Positions 47,901 through 55,961 of a stretch of DNA of 64,000 nt are shown here, in pieces; within the stretch, counting starts at the first letter, position 1; each line of letters begins with the position of its first letter. Made by a program: the position numbers and the translations under genes. Under the pieces are notes generated by a model. That model saw only the letters and a list, made by a program, of their open reading frames with translations. It did not search any database and was not told the DNA's origin. The stretch lies in IMG/VR virus record IMGVR_UViG_3300044797_000098, positions 186,001-250,000 of that record; one strand, 5' to 3'.

Positions 47901-48518
47901 TTTCAGTTTTTCTGCAAGCCTTATGGCATGTGCATTTGTAAATTGTTGATTTACACCTATTGTATAATTATTTGGCTGACGAACTAAATTATGTGTCTGA
48001 ACTTCAACACCGAGATTATCACCGTAAATATTTACTAATTTTTTTAGTGTATCTTCTGCTTCGTCGAAGCATTTATTATTAATCAGTTGTCCTACAATAC
48101 CATTAGCGCATCCAGTTAGACATATAATACCATATGAATATTTCTTCAAAAGATTCCAATCTAAACACGGGAACACTTTTTTTGTAATAACTACGGGGTT
48201 ATCAAAACCCTCTTTATTTAAATTAAGAATATTTTGATATCCGACGTAGTTCTTTGCTATAAGAACAATAAATCTTGAACGCTGTTCTTTGTTTTCATTA
48301 GAATCACGAAAATAAAACTCACATCCAATTATAAGCTTTATACCCGTCTCCCTTGATGCTTTTAATGCATCCCAACTTGCAGCTAACGAACCACTGTCAG
48401 TTATAGCTACTGCTGATTGACCGAGCTCTTTTGCTCGTGTAAATAAATCTTTTGGAGATATTAATGATTGAAGAAGACTGAAGTGAGAATAATTATGGAG
48501 GCTGCAGAACTTACTCAT
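45000..48518 (-). CDS. dnaE: DNA polymerase III alpha subunit (family C)
   Basis: GPGRGSAGGSLVAY, ADIDND, HASG, KIDILGL, GVFQF, YSFNCSH, OB fold. Confidence 0.97.
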   Translation of the reverse strand: MSKFCSLHNYSHFSLLQSLISPKDLFTRAKELGQSAVAITDSGSLAASWDALKASRETGIKLIIGCEFYFRDSNENKEQRSRFIVLIAKNYVGYQNILNLNKEGFDNPVVITKKVFPCLDWNLLKKYSYGIICLTGCANGIVGQLINNKCFDEAEDTLKKLVNIYGDNLGVEVQTHNLVRQPNNYTIGVNQQFTNAHAIRLAEKLKLRVVPTNSARYLKREQSKIEDALLAIGSMQPTYSNARLKFDTSDMYLKSYDEVKSFFSRNYNEDFANKICENTIYFSDLCEKPDWIEPKFSNPGGKELPVFPVKDEKDYPEFCEWLQKQSNERRALDEDKNFLRFRCEKELIRTGLKYKEEYVKRFEEELDVLYYCGTSSYMLITADFMDWARNNGVSVGPGRGSAGGSLVAYLLGIHIADPIKYKLVFERFFSKKRTSFADIDNDISKEKRELVINYIIKKYGKDKFAQVNNFIYITPKVYVKDLCRSLELGGDRKNAVKLGADISAIIPDKIDNVPLRYWKDAMKHAPVLSEYIKKYPQIEEYKVICEKPRANGVHASGIVISNRPVSQVVPIRVDKDNITSIQLDKDRAEEAGIVKIDILGLETLDIIEKTNELIKQGGKQVPKVDYEVYDKKTYDLITSGNTFGVFQFGTSAGTIDLCKKIKPKSIDDLAIITTLARPASKEIREDFIQVREGKKEKKLLHPSLENALKHTYGFPLYDESLLILAKDVAGWELDEADKLRKLTKEKGKNPEKAEKWRQEFIAGAEKNKIPNKTAIKIWHEIIEPFGKYSFNCSHAVLYSMISFHTAYLKAHFPTEFLLANLMYEVRSTNAKVAKKNIEKIKQEIRKSGIRIDKPNINKSGITYQIQKDGSLLTGFEALKNVGDDAIKDIMVKRPFTSFDDFMLLSDSSKMRSNTVQALAVSGCLDEFGIPRHLIFLYCSDYKKKLQTWLKKHDPKTEKFEYPWPVEKEWGMPELYALEVQCMGEAFICGKDKAYVGFFDGKSAKVNEIKKLENKTRVGSIKAEVKDIFMLKVKKEGSKHLGKDMAKITVEDETGEQLSLTIFPDGWEEVKDRMRYLSGGRYKFQEGIAIHFSGSVNHYGDEIGVVLDNLHEFCPPPIAPKNLKAKKVVKKVLTTDIVDKKEDVNDIDGMISDIEDDLFDEGLIDLDDEENDN

Positions 48519-48540
48519 ACTCTTTCCTTTTTTATTTTTA

Positions 48541-48600
48541 GCACCAATAACTGCCTACGAAGGGACTGTGTTTCTAACTTGTAGAAACATGTATTTGTGC
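48541..48600 (-). promoter_or_regulatory. Structured three-way-junction element in the dnaE leader
   Basis: Outer stem gcac.aata/tatt.gtgc enclosing tgtttcta/tagaaaca and cct/agg hairpins. Confidence 0.45.
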
Positions 48601-48602
48601 AT

Positions 48603-49253
48603 TTATTTATCTAATATAATTTTTTTAATAACATCTTCTGGCGGATGATTATCACCATCATATATGTATATACGTTCTATTTTTGAAAACCTGTCTTTCC
48701 AAAAATCTTTTTCACTTATTTTTTTTGTTAATAACTGCTTAAGCTCATTAAAATTAAGTTTTCTTTTCTTATGAAGGGTATGAGCAATCAATCTCACCTC
48801 TTCCCAATGTTCTAAAAGTATTTTTTCAGTTTTTTTCTGAATATTTTTTTTAAAATTAGCTGTGTCTTTGCCAGGTTCAGCTAAATTATTATTTCTAATA
48901 ATATTGGATGCATTCTTTATATCAAAAGACAACCCTACACGAAGATTTATAGGAAGTTTATGAGATCCCGTTATATCTTTATATAATATCCTTTCTCCTA
49001 ATAAACCAGCATACATAGATTGTAATTCGAATATTAACATAGTTCGTTTTAATTCTGTATCATTAACATACAATGTGGAATACCAGTTGGTAGCCCCATC
49101 TTTTTCCTCACGCGTCTTAGCGTCTATTGCGCGAACATTGACATTAAAGACTTGAAAAAAATTATGCAGAGCGCATATTGCATGCGCAGATTCATGAAAA
49201 CTGGTAAATATAAGCTCATAATCTAAGGCATCTTTGATTTTTAAGCCCTTCAT
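48603..49253 (-). CDS. Stand-alone FtsH/M41-like zinc metallopeptidase
   Basis: FHESAH (HExxH), YAGLLGE, SFDIKNA; no AAA domain or membrane anchor. Confidence 0.78.
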   Translation of the reverse strand: MKGLKIKDALDYELIFTSFHESAHAICALHNFFQVFNVNVRAIDAKTREEKDGATNWYSTLYVNDTELKRTMLIFELQSMYAGLLGERILYKDITGSHKLPINLRVGLSFDIKNASNIIRNNNLAEPGKDTANFKKNIQKKTEKILLEHWEEVRLIAHTLHKKRKLNFNELKQLLTKKISEKDFWKDRFSKIERIYIYDGDNHPPEDVIKKIILDK

Positions 49254-49267
49254 ATGAACTCCTTTAT

Positions 49268-49558
49268 CTATATTTTAATAAGAATATGTTCTAACTCTAT
49301 GATATTATTCTCACAATTATCTGTTTTACACTTTATATTTAATCTATTGGAGCCAAACGGCCCTATCGCAGTAAGATCTATGCTTTCCATATAGAATAGT
49401 CCAAGATTAGTATAGGTTTTATTTTCCATAAACTTTGAGCCAGTGAAAAACTTTATATGGTCTTTATCCAATGGAATACCCAATTCAATTATTAATTGGC
49501 CTTTATTGCATTTGCTACAAGAGGCAGTGTTGAGTATGGTTTTTTTAATTGTTGTCAT
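49268..49558 (-). CDS. Small Cys-containing hypothetical protein
   Basis: CSKC...CKTDNC. Confidence 0.65.
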   Translation of the reverse strand: MTTIKKTILNTASCSKCNKGQLIIELGIPLDKDHIKFFTGSKFMENKTYTNLGLFYMESIDLTAIGPFGSNRLNIKCKTDNCENNIIELEHILIKI

Positions 49559-49559
49559 A

Positions 49560-49904
49560 CTATACCAATATTATATATTTATCTTTATTTTCCCATAAAC
49601 ATTTAAATTCTGAAAAATCTTTTATTATTGTATCTATGGTTGATATTAATAGACACCTATACTCATTTATATTTTGTTTAACATCATCTACTACTATAAA
49701 ATAATCGTTATAATCACCGTTTTCAATAACAACCGTTCCTATATGGTTTTGCATCTCTTCTGTATTCATTGTTATAAACATAACAATGGTTTTAAACAAT
49801 GCTAAACTTGATAGATTTGCATTATTAACTTTATTCCAATTTAATACACTAATAATTAGTGGAATGAATCTTTTATCAATTAATGATTTTCTATCTATAC
49901 CCAT
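49560..49904 (-). CDS. Hypothetical protein
   Basis: 114-aa ORF, tight packing. Confidence 0.6.
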   Translation of the reverse strand: MGIDRKSLIDKRFIPLIISVLNWNKVNNANLSSLALFKTIVMFITMNTEEMQNHIGTVVIENGDYNDYFIVVDDVKQNINEYRCLLISTIDTIIKDFSEFKCLWENKDKYIILV

Positions 49905-49907
49905 AGA

Positions 49908-50198
49908 CTAATTTAAATTAATTCCACGACTTTCGAGTGTAAAAATAGCGAATTGTATTTTTGCATTTTCGCTTGCTTTACTTTCAGAATATGGCTTAGA
50001 AAGATCTTTTACAATCTCTTTTGCTGCATTCAATTTTTCATCGTTTTCTTTGGCAGCAGCAATCTCGTATAAATTACCTTCACACGTTAGAATGCGGGCT
50101 TTTATCTCATCGTCTGACATAGCGTTGATTGCATCAACGAACTCTGGCGACAATTTTTTTAACAACTTGACCGGGAACTCTTTATCATCTTTACTCAT
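49908..50198 (-). CDS. Small coiled-coil hypothetical protein
   Basis: 96-aa ORF, tight packing. Confidence 0.7.
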   Translation of the reverse strand: MSKDDKEFPVKLLKKLSPEFVDAINAMSDDEIKARILTCEGNLYEIAAAKENDEKLNAAKEIVKDLSKPYSESKASENAKIQFAIFTLESRGINLN

Positions 50199-50199
50199 T

Positions 50200-51069
50200 T
50201 TATTTACCTGTGTCTTTCTTTTTGTTGTTTCTATTTCTTTTAGTTTTATGTCTTAATTCTTGATTACCCTCTTCTACATTTCTTTTAGCTGAATACGGTC
50301 GAAGATTTTTTAATGACCAACATTTTAGAAAATTTGGATGGTCATAACTATCGAATAATAAATCTGCCTGTGGCTCTATGTGATCAATTTGCCACTTCCA
50401 AGTCGCAGGATCTTTTTCATCCCACGTATCAATATTATATACACCCTGATTATTTTTCGTCATCCATACCTCACCATTCGGGCCTAGACTATCCGGGTGA
50501 TCGAATAACCTAATAAGATGTTCCCATAATTCTATTTCTGTATATGGTAATTTTAATTTGCACGATATTCCATTTTTAGATCCTCCTTGACTTTTTAACA
50601 TTCTAAAAATAGATGATGATATGTTTTTCATACATTTCCATATTGGATCATTTTTTCTTCTATTAGCAGAATATTTATTATGATTTTTTGTTAACTTTTT
50701 TCTATTTTCTTTTCTAAATACTTTGGCTTTTTCAGCTATTTCTTCTTTATGTTCTTCTCTATATTTTATTTGATATTCGGTTATTTCTTCTTTATTTTCT
50801 AAATAATATTCTTTTTTCTTTTCTTTATTATTTTCATAATATAACTTGTGAGTTTCATCTACTTGATTTTTATGTTCTTTATAATACTGTTTACCATATT
50901 CCGAGGATTTTTCCTTATTATCATTATACCATTCTAATGATTTTTTAGCAACACAAACTTTACAATCATTTTTAAATTTATTTGTATCTTTACGAAAAGA
51001 AAAATTCTCTAAATTTTCTTCTTTTTCTTCACCGCATTTAATGCATATTTTTGTTGTATTTTCACTCAC
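50200..51069 (-). CDS. Putative homing endonuclease, paralog of 42122..43138 (likely GTG start at 51069)
   Basis: CIKC...CKVC; YYxxNKE repeats; WQIDHIEP...CWSLKNLRPYSAKRN. Confidence 0.8.
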   Translation of the reverse strand: MSENTTKICIKCGEEKEENLENFSFRKDTNKFKNDCKVCVAKKSLEWYNDNKEKSSEYGKQYYKEHKNQVDETHKLYYENNKEKKKEYYLENKEEITEYQIKYREEHKEEIAEKAKVFRKENRKKLTKNHNKYSANRRKNDPIWKCMKNISSSIFRMLKSQGGSKNGISCKLKLPYTEIELWEHLIRLFDHPDSLGPNGEVWMTKNNQGVYNIDTWDEKDPATWKWQIDHIEPQADLLFDSYDHPNFLKCWSLKNLRPYSAKRNVEEGNQELRHKTKRNRNNKKKDTGK

Positions 51070-51106
51070 CTTATATCCCACTAATAATATGATTTTATTA
51101 GCAATT

Positions 51107-52348
51107 TTACTCAATTATTTTACAGTTTTTAACTAAAAATTCGAGCGTGAATTCATCACGAATACGATTCAAAAATAAACCTAATTGACCATTTTTATAC
51201 AACTCTTCAAACACCTTTTGAGGTTCCCGCGTATGTTGTTGTAGATTCGCTTGGGCTATTTTCAATAATTCATCCTGACTTAATTGTGCTTCGGGCTCTT
51301 TCTCACGAACCTTCTCTAATACGAGCGATAGCTTGACATTATCTTCCGATGATTTAATGAATGCCTCTTTTTCATTATCACTTATCGTATTCCAATCTTT
51401 TTTATTATTACGAGCATTTACTTGTGCTTCTGCTGTTGATATCCATGTCGGAATAACGAAGTCATGTTCTGCAACCAATCGTTTTGCGATTTGATCAATA
51501 ATGCCAGCCTTTTCTAATTCTTTAATTCGATTACCAGCCATTCCATTAACGTTTTCAATTAATGAATTTAATGTTTCTAATCCTACCGCTTTTGCTAAAT
51601 CATCATTAAGTTCCGCTGGTGTTATTTTACTACCCATATGTAATTTTACCTCAAACTTAAGTATTTGATTATTATATTCTGGTTTAATTTTTGCATCGAA
51701 TAATAATTCGAACTCTCTTGTTTCTCCTACTTTCATACCAAGTATATTTTCACTGAACCCCGGAATATCAATTTTACCAACACTAACTAATTCACCAGCA
51801 TTTTTAAAACCTTCAATAGCAACTCCATCTTTGAATACCTGGTAATCAATAATTACATTATCGCCCATCTGAACAACGTCGTTTTCACCGTATGCCGTTG
51901 TTGTTCCATTGCGTTCTCGTAATTCTTGAAGCATCTTTGCCCCAAGATCATCTGCTGTCATACCAACTGCTGGTTTTGGTATCTCAAAATCTCTATATGT
52001 TCTCAATTCAAAATCTGGCTGCTTATGAAGAGAAAACTCACAACTAAACTTTGTATTTTCGAGTTTTGCATATGTAAATTGAGGACGACCAAAAGGTTTT
52101 ACATCTTTTTCGAATAATGTATTTTGAACTGCTGCATCGGCAAGTTCTTGTGTAAGTGCATTTTGTATTTCTTTTTTAAAGTGAGTTTTGATTGCTTCTG
52201 GTGTAGCTTTATTTTTACGGAAGCCTGGAACTTTATATTTACGGAACTTATTAATTACCTCTGATCGTTTTTCATTGATTTCATTTTGATCTGCTTCAAC
52301 TTGAACGAGGATTTTGCAGTATTCGGTTTCATTACACGTTATATTCAT
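51107..52348 (-). CDS. tig: Trigger factor
   Basis: VPGFRKNKA ribosome-binding loop; FKBP-like GDNVIIDY...IPGFSENILGMKVGETREF; C-terminal chaperone domain. Confidence 0.92.
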   Translation of the reverse strand: MNITCNETEYCKILVQVEADQNEINEKRSEVINKFRKYKVPGFRKNKATPEAIKTHFKKEIQNALTQELADAAVQNTLFEKDVKPFGRPQFTYAKLENTKFSCEFSLHKQPDFELRTYRDFEIPKPAVGMTADDLGAKMLQELRERNGTTTAYGENDVVQMGDNVIIDYQVFKDGVAIEGFKNAGELVSVGKIDIPGFSENILGMKVGETREFELLFDAKIKPEYNNQILKFEVKLHMGSKITPAELNDDLAKAVGLETLNSLIENVNGMAGNRIKELEKAGIIDQIAKRLVAEHDFVIPTWISTAEAQVNARNNKKDWNTISDNEKEAFIKSSEDNVKLSLVLEKVREKEPEAQLSQDELLKIAQANLQQHTREPQKVFEELYKNGQLGLFLNRIRDEFTLEFLVKNCKIIE

Positions 52349-52827
52349 TTTGATTTTCCTGTATTAACTAATTGTTTAATCAATCTTGCTAACTCATCTG
52401 GCTTAATTGTATAAAACTTATTTGATGCAAGTTTTTCCTTAGCCCGCTGCTTCTCTTGTTTTATCTTTTCTTTTTCTTTTTTAAGCATCTCGGTATTTTT
52501 TATATATTTTTGTATTAAATACGCATCTGTTTGTTTAGCATAACCATTTATACAAACCCGCGCTCTTCTGCCATAATTACTATCTACGTAATAGTATGGT
52601 TCAATTAAATCTTTACTAAATGCCTCGGCTAATTTTAATGCTTCAATAAAACTATTGAGTATTAAAATATTATCATTAGATGATCCTGTGAATGGAAACG
52701 ATTTATATATTTGTTTAGAATATAAACGAATTAATACTGATCTTTCATTATCTGTTAATTTTGATGGAATCTTGTTAGATTTTATCTGCTTATTTAACTC
52801 ACTAAAAACTTTTCTTTGACTTACCAT
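52345..52827 (-). CDS. Hypothetical basic protein
   Basis: 160-aa ORF overlapping both neighbours. Confidence 0.65.
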   Translation of the reverse strand: MVSQRKVFSELNKQIKSNKIPSKLTDNERSVLIRLYSKQIYKSFPFTGSSNDNILILNSFIEALKLAEAFSKDLIEPYYYVDSNYGRRARVCINGYAKQTDAYLIQKYIKNTEMLKKEKEKIKQEKQRAKEKLASNKFYTIKPDELARLIKQLVNTGKSK

Positions 52828-53648
52828 TTTATTTCACCGTGATCTGTATTATTAAACGTATTCATACCTCTACTACTCTTATTCATAAACTCTGTTCCCT
52901 CTTTACATATCGCTAAATGATCGCAATAGCCACACAAACGTGTGGGGCTCGCTTCCCATAATTGTTCGTCTTCTATGTCTTTTGCGTAAGTCTCGAATTG
53001 ATCTTTGATTTCCATAATCTCGTCTATATTAAAAACTTTTTCAATACGCTCAAAATTATGACGAACCAATATGTATGAACCACGTATTTGTTTTATCGCC
53101 GGATCCTCGGTCGCAAGCACGTATGCATACGTCTGTAATTGAAGCCAGTCGTCTTGAAGATATCTTTTATCTTTCGTTGTCTTATAGTCTCCAACATTTA
53201 ATATACCATCATGATCGATCTGGATCTTATCAATCATACCATTTAATATAATACGATCTGTTATTGGAAAACTGAAGTTTTTTTCTACTGCAATTACATC
53301 TTTTAATGTATGTTTTTCATTAGTTATTTTTTGTAAATAAGCATCTATCATACTAAACGCTTCTTTTTTACTGTCTTCGGACATTGATTTTCCGAACTCT
53401 TTCATTGCAATTTTATACGCTTTACCCATAACTATATGTAATGGATGATCTGATCCATTAATATAAGTTTTATGAAACTCTTCCAATGTTAAATGAACAA
53501 ACTTACCAAGCGTGTGGAATGCCCAGGTCTTTCTTGGCAACCTCATTTCATACGTATAATAATACTTTTTCTTACATTGATCGAACGTTTTAACTTTACT
53601 TACTGATAGTTTTAATTTTTTAATTATATTATTTTGTTCTTCTGACAT
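52821..53648 (-). CDS. PD-(D/E)xK exonuclease, RecB/Cas4-like
   Basis: LSVSK..TFDQC, GMIDKI, DYKT, QLQTYA, C-terminal CGYC..AIC. Confidence 0.88.
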   Translation of the reverse strand: MSEEQNNIIKKLKLSVSKVKTFDQCKKKYYYTYEMRLPRKTWAFHTLGKFVHLTLEEFHKTYINGSDHPLHIVMGKAYKIAMKEFGKSMSEDSKKEAFSMIDAYLQKITNEKHTLKDVIAVEKNFSFPITDRIILNGMIDKIQIDHDGILNVGDYKTTKDKRYLQDDWLQLQTYAYVLATEDPAIKQIRGSYILVRHNFERIEKVFNIDEIMEIKDQFETYAKDIEDEQLWEASPTRLCGYCDHLAICKEGTEFMNKSSRGMNTFNNTDHGEIKW

Positions 53649-53698
53649 CTTTATGATTATATATCAGCATAATTTACGTTGTAGTGGTCGAGTAAAAA

Positions 53699-54325
53699 TT
53701 ATATTACTACGCTTGGTGTTTTATTCATTTTAATGCGTGGGACATCTAATTTATCCACCGATACACAAAAATTACTTTTTGCCCACGCCCTTGATTGTAT
53801 TGTACGCGGTATTATATCCCCCTCATTAAGGATGATACATACACCTTTTTTACAAAAATTGGTATGATTAATTATACCAATATCATAAAATACGCGCCTA
53901 CTTTTTACATATTTTTCATCGTCGATTCTAACAAAAACATGGTAATCGATTTTATCGAGCGCTCCTAATCCGTTTTGAGTAAAACTATCACGTGTTATTA
54001 GCAAGTTTTTTGCATTTGGTTTTGATGTATTAACGCTGTATTTTTTTCCATCATTATCAATTAAATCAATCCCATCGTCATGATTTTTATCTACATAGAT
54101 CTCAAAATCTGGCTTATTTGTGCCGAGTAAAAGATATGCTATAATTTCTGCAAGTTTGCCGAAAAATAAATCTCTTTTTCTCTCACTAACTGTTCTAAAT
54201 CTGGATCCTCTCTGCAATCTCGGATCAATAGTTTCTGATTTTTTATTAGCAAACTTTATCGCTTCGTTAATTAGATCTTTTGATATTTTGATTTCAACAC
54301 CTTTAAAATTTAAATCCATCCTCAT
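53699..54325 (-). CDS. Restriction-endonuclease-like PD-(D/E)xK protein (start reassigned to MRMDLN)
   Basis: GKLAE...DDGIDL...YSVNT; the catalytic E/K positions look degenerate. Confidence 0.5.
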   Translation of the reverse strand: MRMDLNFKGVEIKISKDLINEAIKFANKKSETIDPRLQRGSRFRTVSERKRDLFFGKLAEIIAYLLLGTNKPDFEIYVDKNHDDGIDLIDNDGKKYSVNTSKPNAKNLLITRDSFTQNGLGALDKIDYHVFVRIDDEKYVKSRRVFYDIGIINHTNFCKKGVCIILNEGDIIPRTIQSRAWAKSNFCVSVDKLDVPRIKMNKTPSVVI

Positions 54326-54335
54326 AAATACCTTT

Positions 54336-55358
54336 CTAATGTAATACCACTCTCTGATTCCAAACCCATTTAAAAACCATACCAACACCCTGATCCCTCG
54401 GAAAAACCATCTGATACAAGGCACCAACATCTTGTTTTGTTGGCTGATACGGATATGTAGATATTATCCATCTATTGACCGTATTATCTCTATAATAACA
54501 TGTAAAACTGTTGGTGCGAGCATTATATTCTCGACGAACAAAAGATCCCTGTGTTGGAGGACTATCGAGCGCCGTATTCATTAATAGATTTCCATCTCTT
54601 ACAATTTCTGTATTTTCCAATGAAAAATCTCCACGATTAATTATTACTGGATTTGTTGGGTCTTCTGTTGTAGCATCCTGATATACAACTAATGCTCGTG
54701 GATTAAATATCTTATCTGATGTTGATGATTGTTCTTGCACATATTCTACTGGCGTAGATTTGCCAATTATTCTGGTTGTTGATGGAAGATTTCCTACACC
54801 CGGATAGACTTCACCTTCCGAGTTTTCGGTTGAATATATTTGTTTAAATTTATTATTAACCGACGATGGGTCATTTACGAACCCAGCAGGATTACCATTA
54901 GCATCAAAACCACTTGGAATGGCTGGCTGAGATTCATTATACACTGTAACACCAGCATTCTGCGTTCCAAGATATCTAAAATTAGGATTTGGGCTATCTG
55001 TCCCGAATGGATATAGACTATTCACCGAACTTGCATTATTTAGATTTGTTGTTGCTGAACGAGATACTCTTGCTCCGACTGCATATGCCGGTAATTGTTC
55101 TGGCGTTGTTGAATATGTTTGAGTAATTATTGCTGAATTATCTACACCATTTGTAGCGAATACATTTAATATAACTGTTAAAAGTGTTTGTGGCATAGTT
55201 ATTGGAACTATATAGATTGGTGAAGAAAGATCTGGTGTTGATCCGTCAAGTGTAAAAAATATAGTGGAAGGCTCACTCGTAGATATGGCAATAGTATCCG
55301 GGATACCGGGAATAGTTTGCGTTGCACTTGCTGTTATTGTGATATTGATTACGCCCAT
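54336..55358 (-). CDS. Probable virion protein with N-terminal Ig/Fn3-associated domain
   Basis: ISTSEPSTIFFTLDGSTPD motif; T/N/P-rich composition; own upstream TATA-N6-CATA element. Confidence 0.6.
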   Translation of the reverse strand: MGVINITITASATQTIPGIPDTIAISTSEPSTIFFTLDGSTPDLSSPIYIVPITMPQTLLTVILNVFATNGVDNSAIITQTYSTTPEQLPAYAVGARVSRSATTNLNNASSVNSLYPFGTDSPNPNFRYLGTQNAGVTVYNESQPAIPSGFDANGNPAGFVNDPSSVNNKFKQIYSTENSEGEVYPGVGNLPSTTRIIGKSTPVEYVQEQSSTSDKIFNPRALVVYQDATTEDPTNPVIINRGDFSLENTEIVRDGNLLMNTALDSPPTQGSFVRREYNARTNSFTCYYRDNTVNRWIISTYPYQPTKQDVGALYQMVFPRDQGVGMVFKWVWNQRVVLH

Positions 55359-55367
55359 TATATTATG

Positions 55368-55961
55368 CTATTTTATACGCAACTCATCTACTATCTGCTT
55401 TACCTCTTCTGACAACTGATCAATAGAATAATCATTATGAATTACTTTATTAAAAACACTATCTGGTATAGTGTCCTGTTCAGTTTCAGATACATCTTTT
55501 CCAATATCTGTTCCATTTCGTAAGACTCTAATTAAATAAAATCCTCTATCTTTCAGATATTCTATTTCATTTAAAAATCTTGCGTCAGAACACACATATG
55601 CACGCGCGTGTGCATTCTTCTTAAGATCATAATCAAAATTATGTATCCATATATTCTTATTATATTTACGCGCCTGTTTTCCTAAATCAGTTAGGACTTT
55701 TCTATATGTTAGATATCGAGCATCTTCATCATGATAAATCATATCTATGATCTCGGATCTTAATTGACTTGCTCCATATAGACACTCATCATCAGCACAA
55801 GGAAACATAATCTTCACAATTTCCTTCATCGGATCAGCGAATGCTCTTATTCTGTATTCATTTTGACTTAATTTAAGATGTTCTATAAGTAATTCAGCAA
55901 TTAAATTTTTCCCTGAGCGGGCTTTACCAGATATAGCCACCCGTATTTGATTACCAGTCAT
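55368..55961 (-). CDS. Deoxynucleoside monophosphate kinase (T4 gp1-like)
   Basis: ISGKARSGK, FADPMKE, YRKVLTDLG, SDARFLNE, SETEQD. Confidence 0.85.
   Translation of the reverse strand: MTGNQIRVAISGKARSGKNLIAELLIEHLKLSQNEYRIRAFADPMKEIVKIMFPCADDECLYGASQLRSEIIDMIYHDEDARYLTYRKVLTDLGKQARKYNKNIWIHNFDYDLKKNAHARAYVCSDARFLNEIEYLKDRGFYLIRVLRNGTDIGKDVSETEQDTIPDSVFNKVIHNDYSIDQLSEEVKQIVDELRIK

Noticed and set aside
22782-48518. Inteins or group I introns in terminase, RecA or DnaE
   Set aside because: Protein lengths are normal, motifs are contiguous, and no C...HN-[CST] splice junctions were seen; the endonucleases are free-standing
48541-48600. dnaE leader as a preQ1 riboswitch, hammerhead ribozyme or tRNA
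   Set aside because: Lacks the CUGAnGA/GAAA core, the preQ1 loop consensus and T/D-arm signatures; kept only as an unassigned structure
52821-53648. Cas4-like gene as part of a CRISPR-Cas system
   Set aside because: No cas1/cas2, effector genes or array in the window; solo Cas4-like nucleases are common in phage replication regions
54326-54430. N-terminal 35 aa of ORF 53699..54430
   Set aside because: Overlaps the 3' end of the upstream gene; ATGs at 54325 and 54319 just after that stop are more plausible starts
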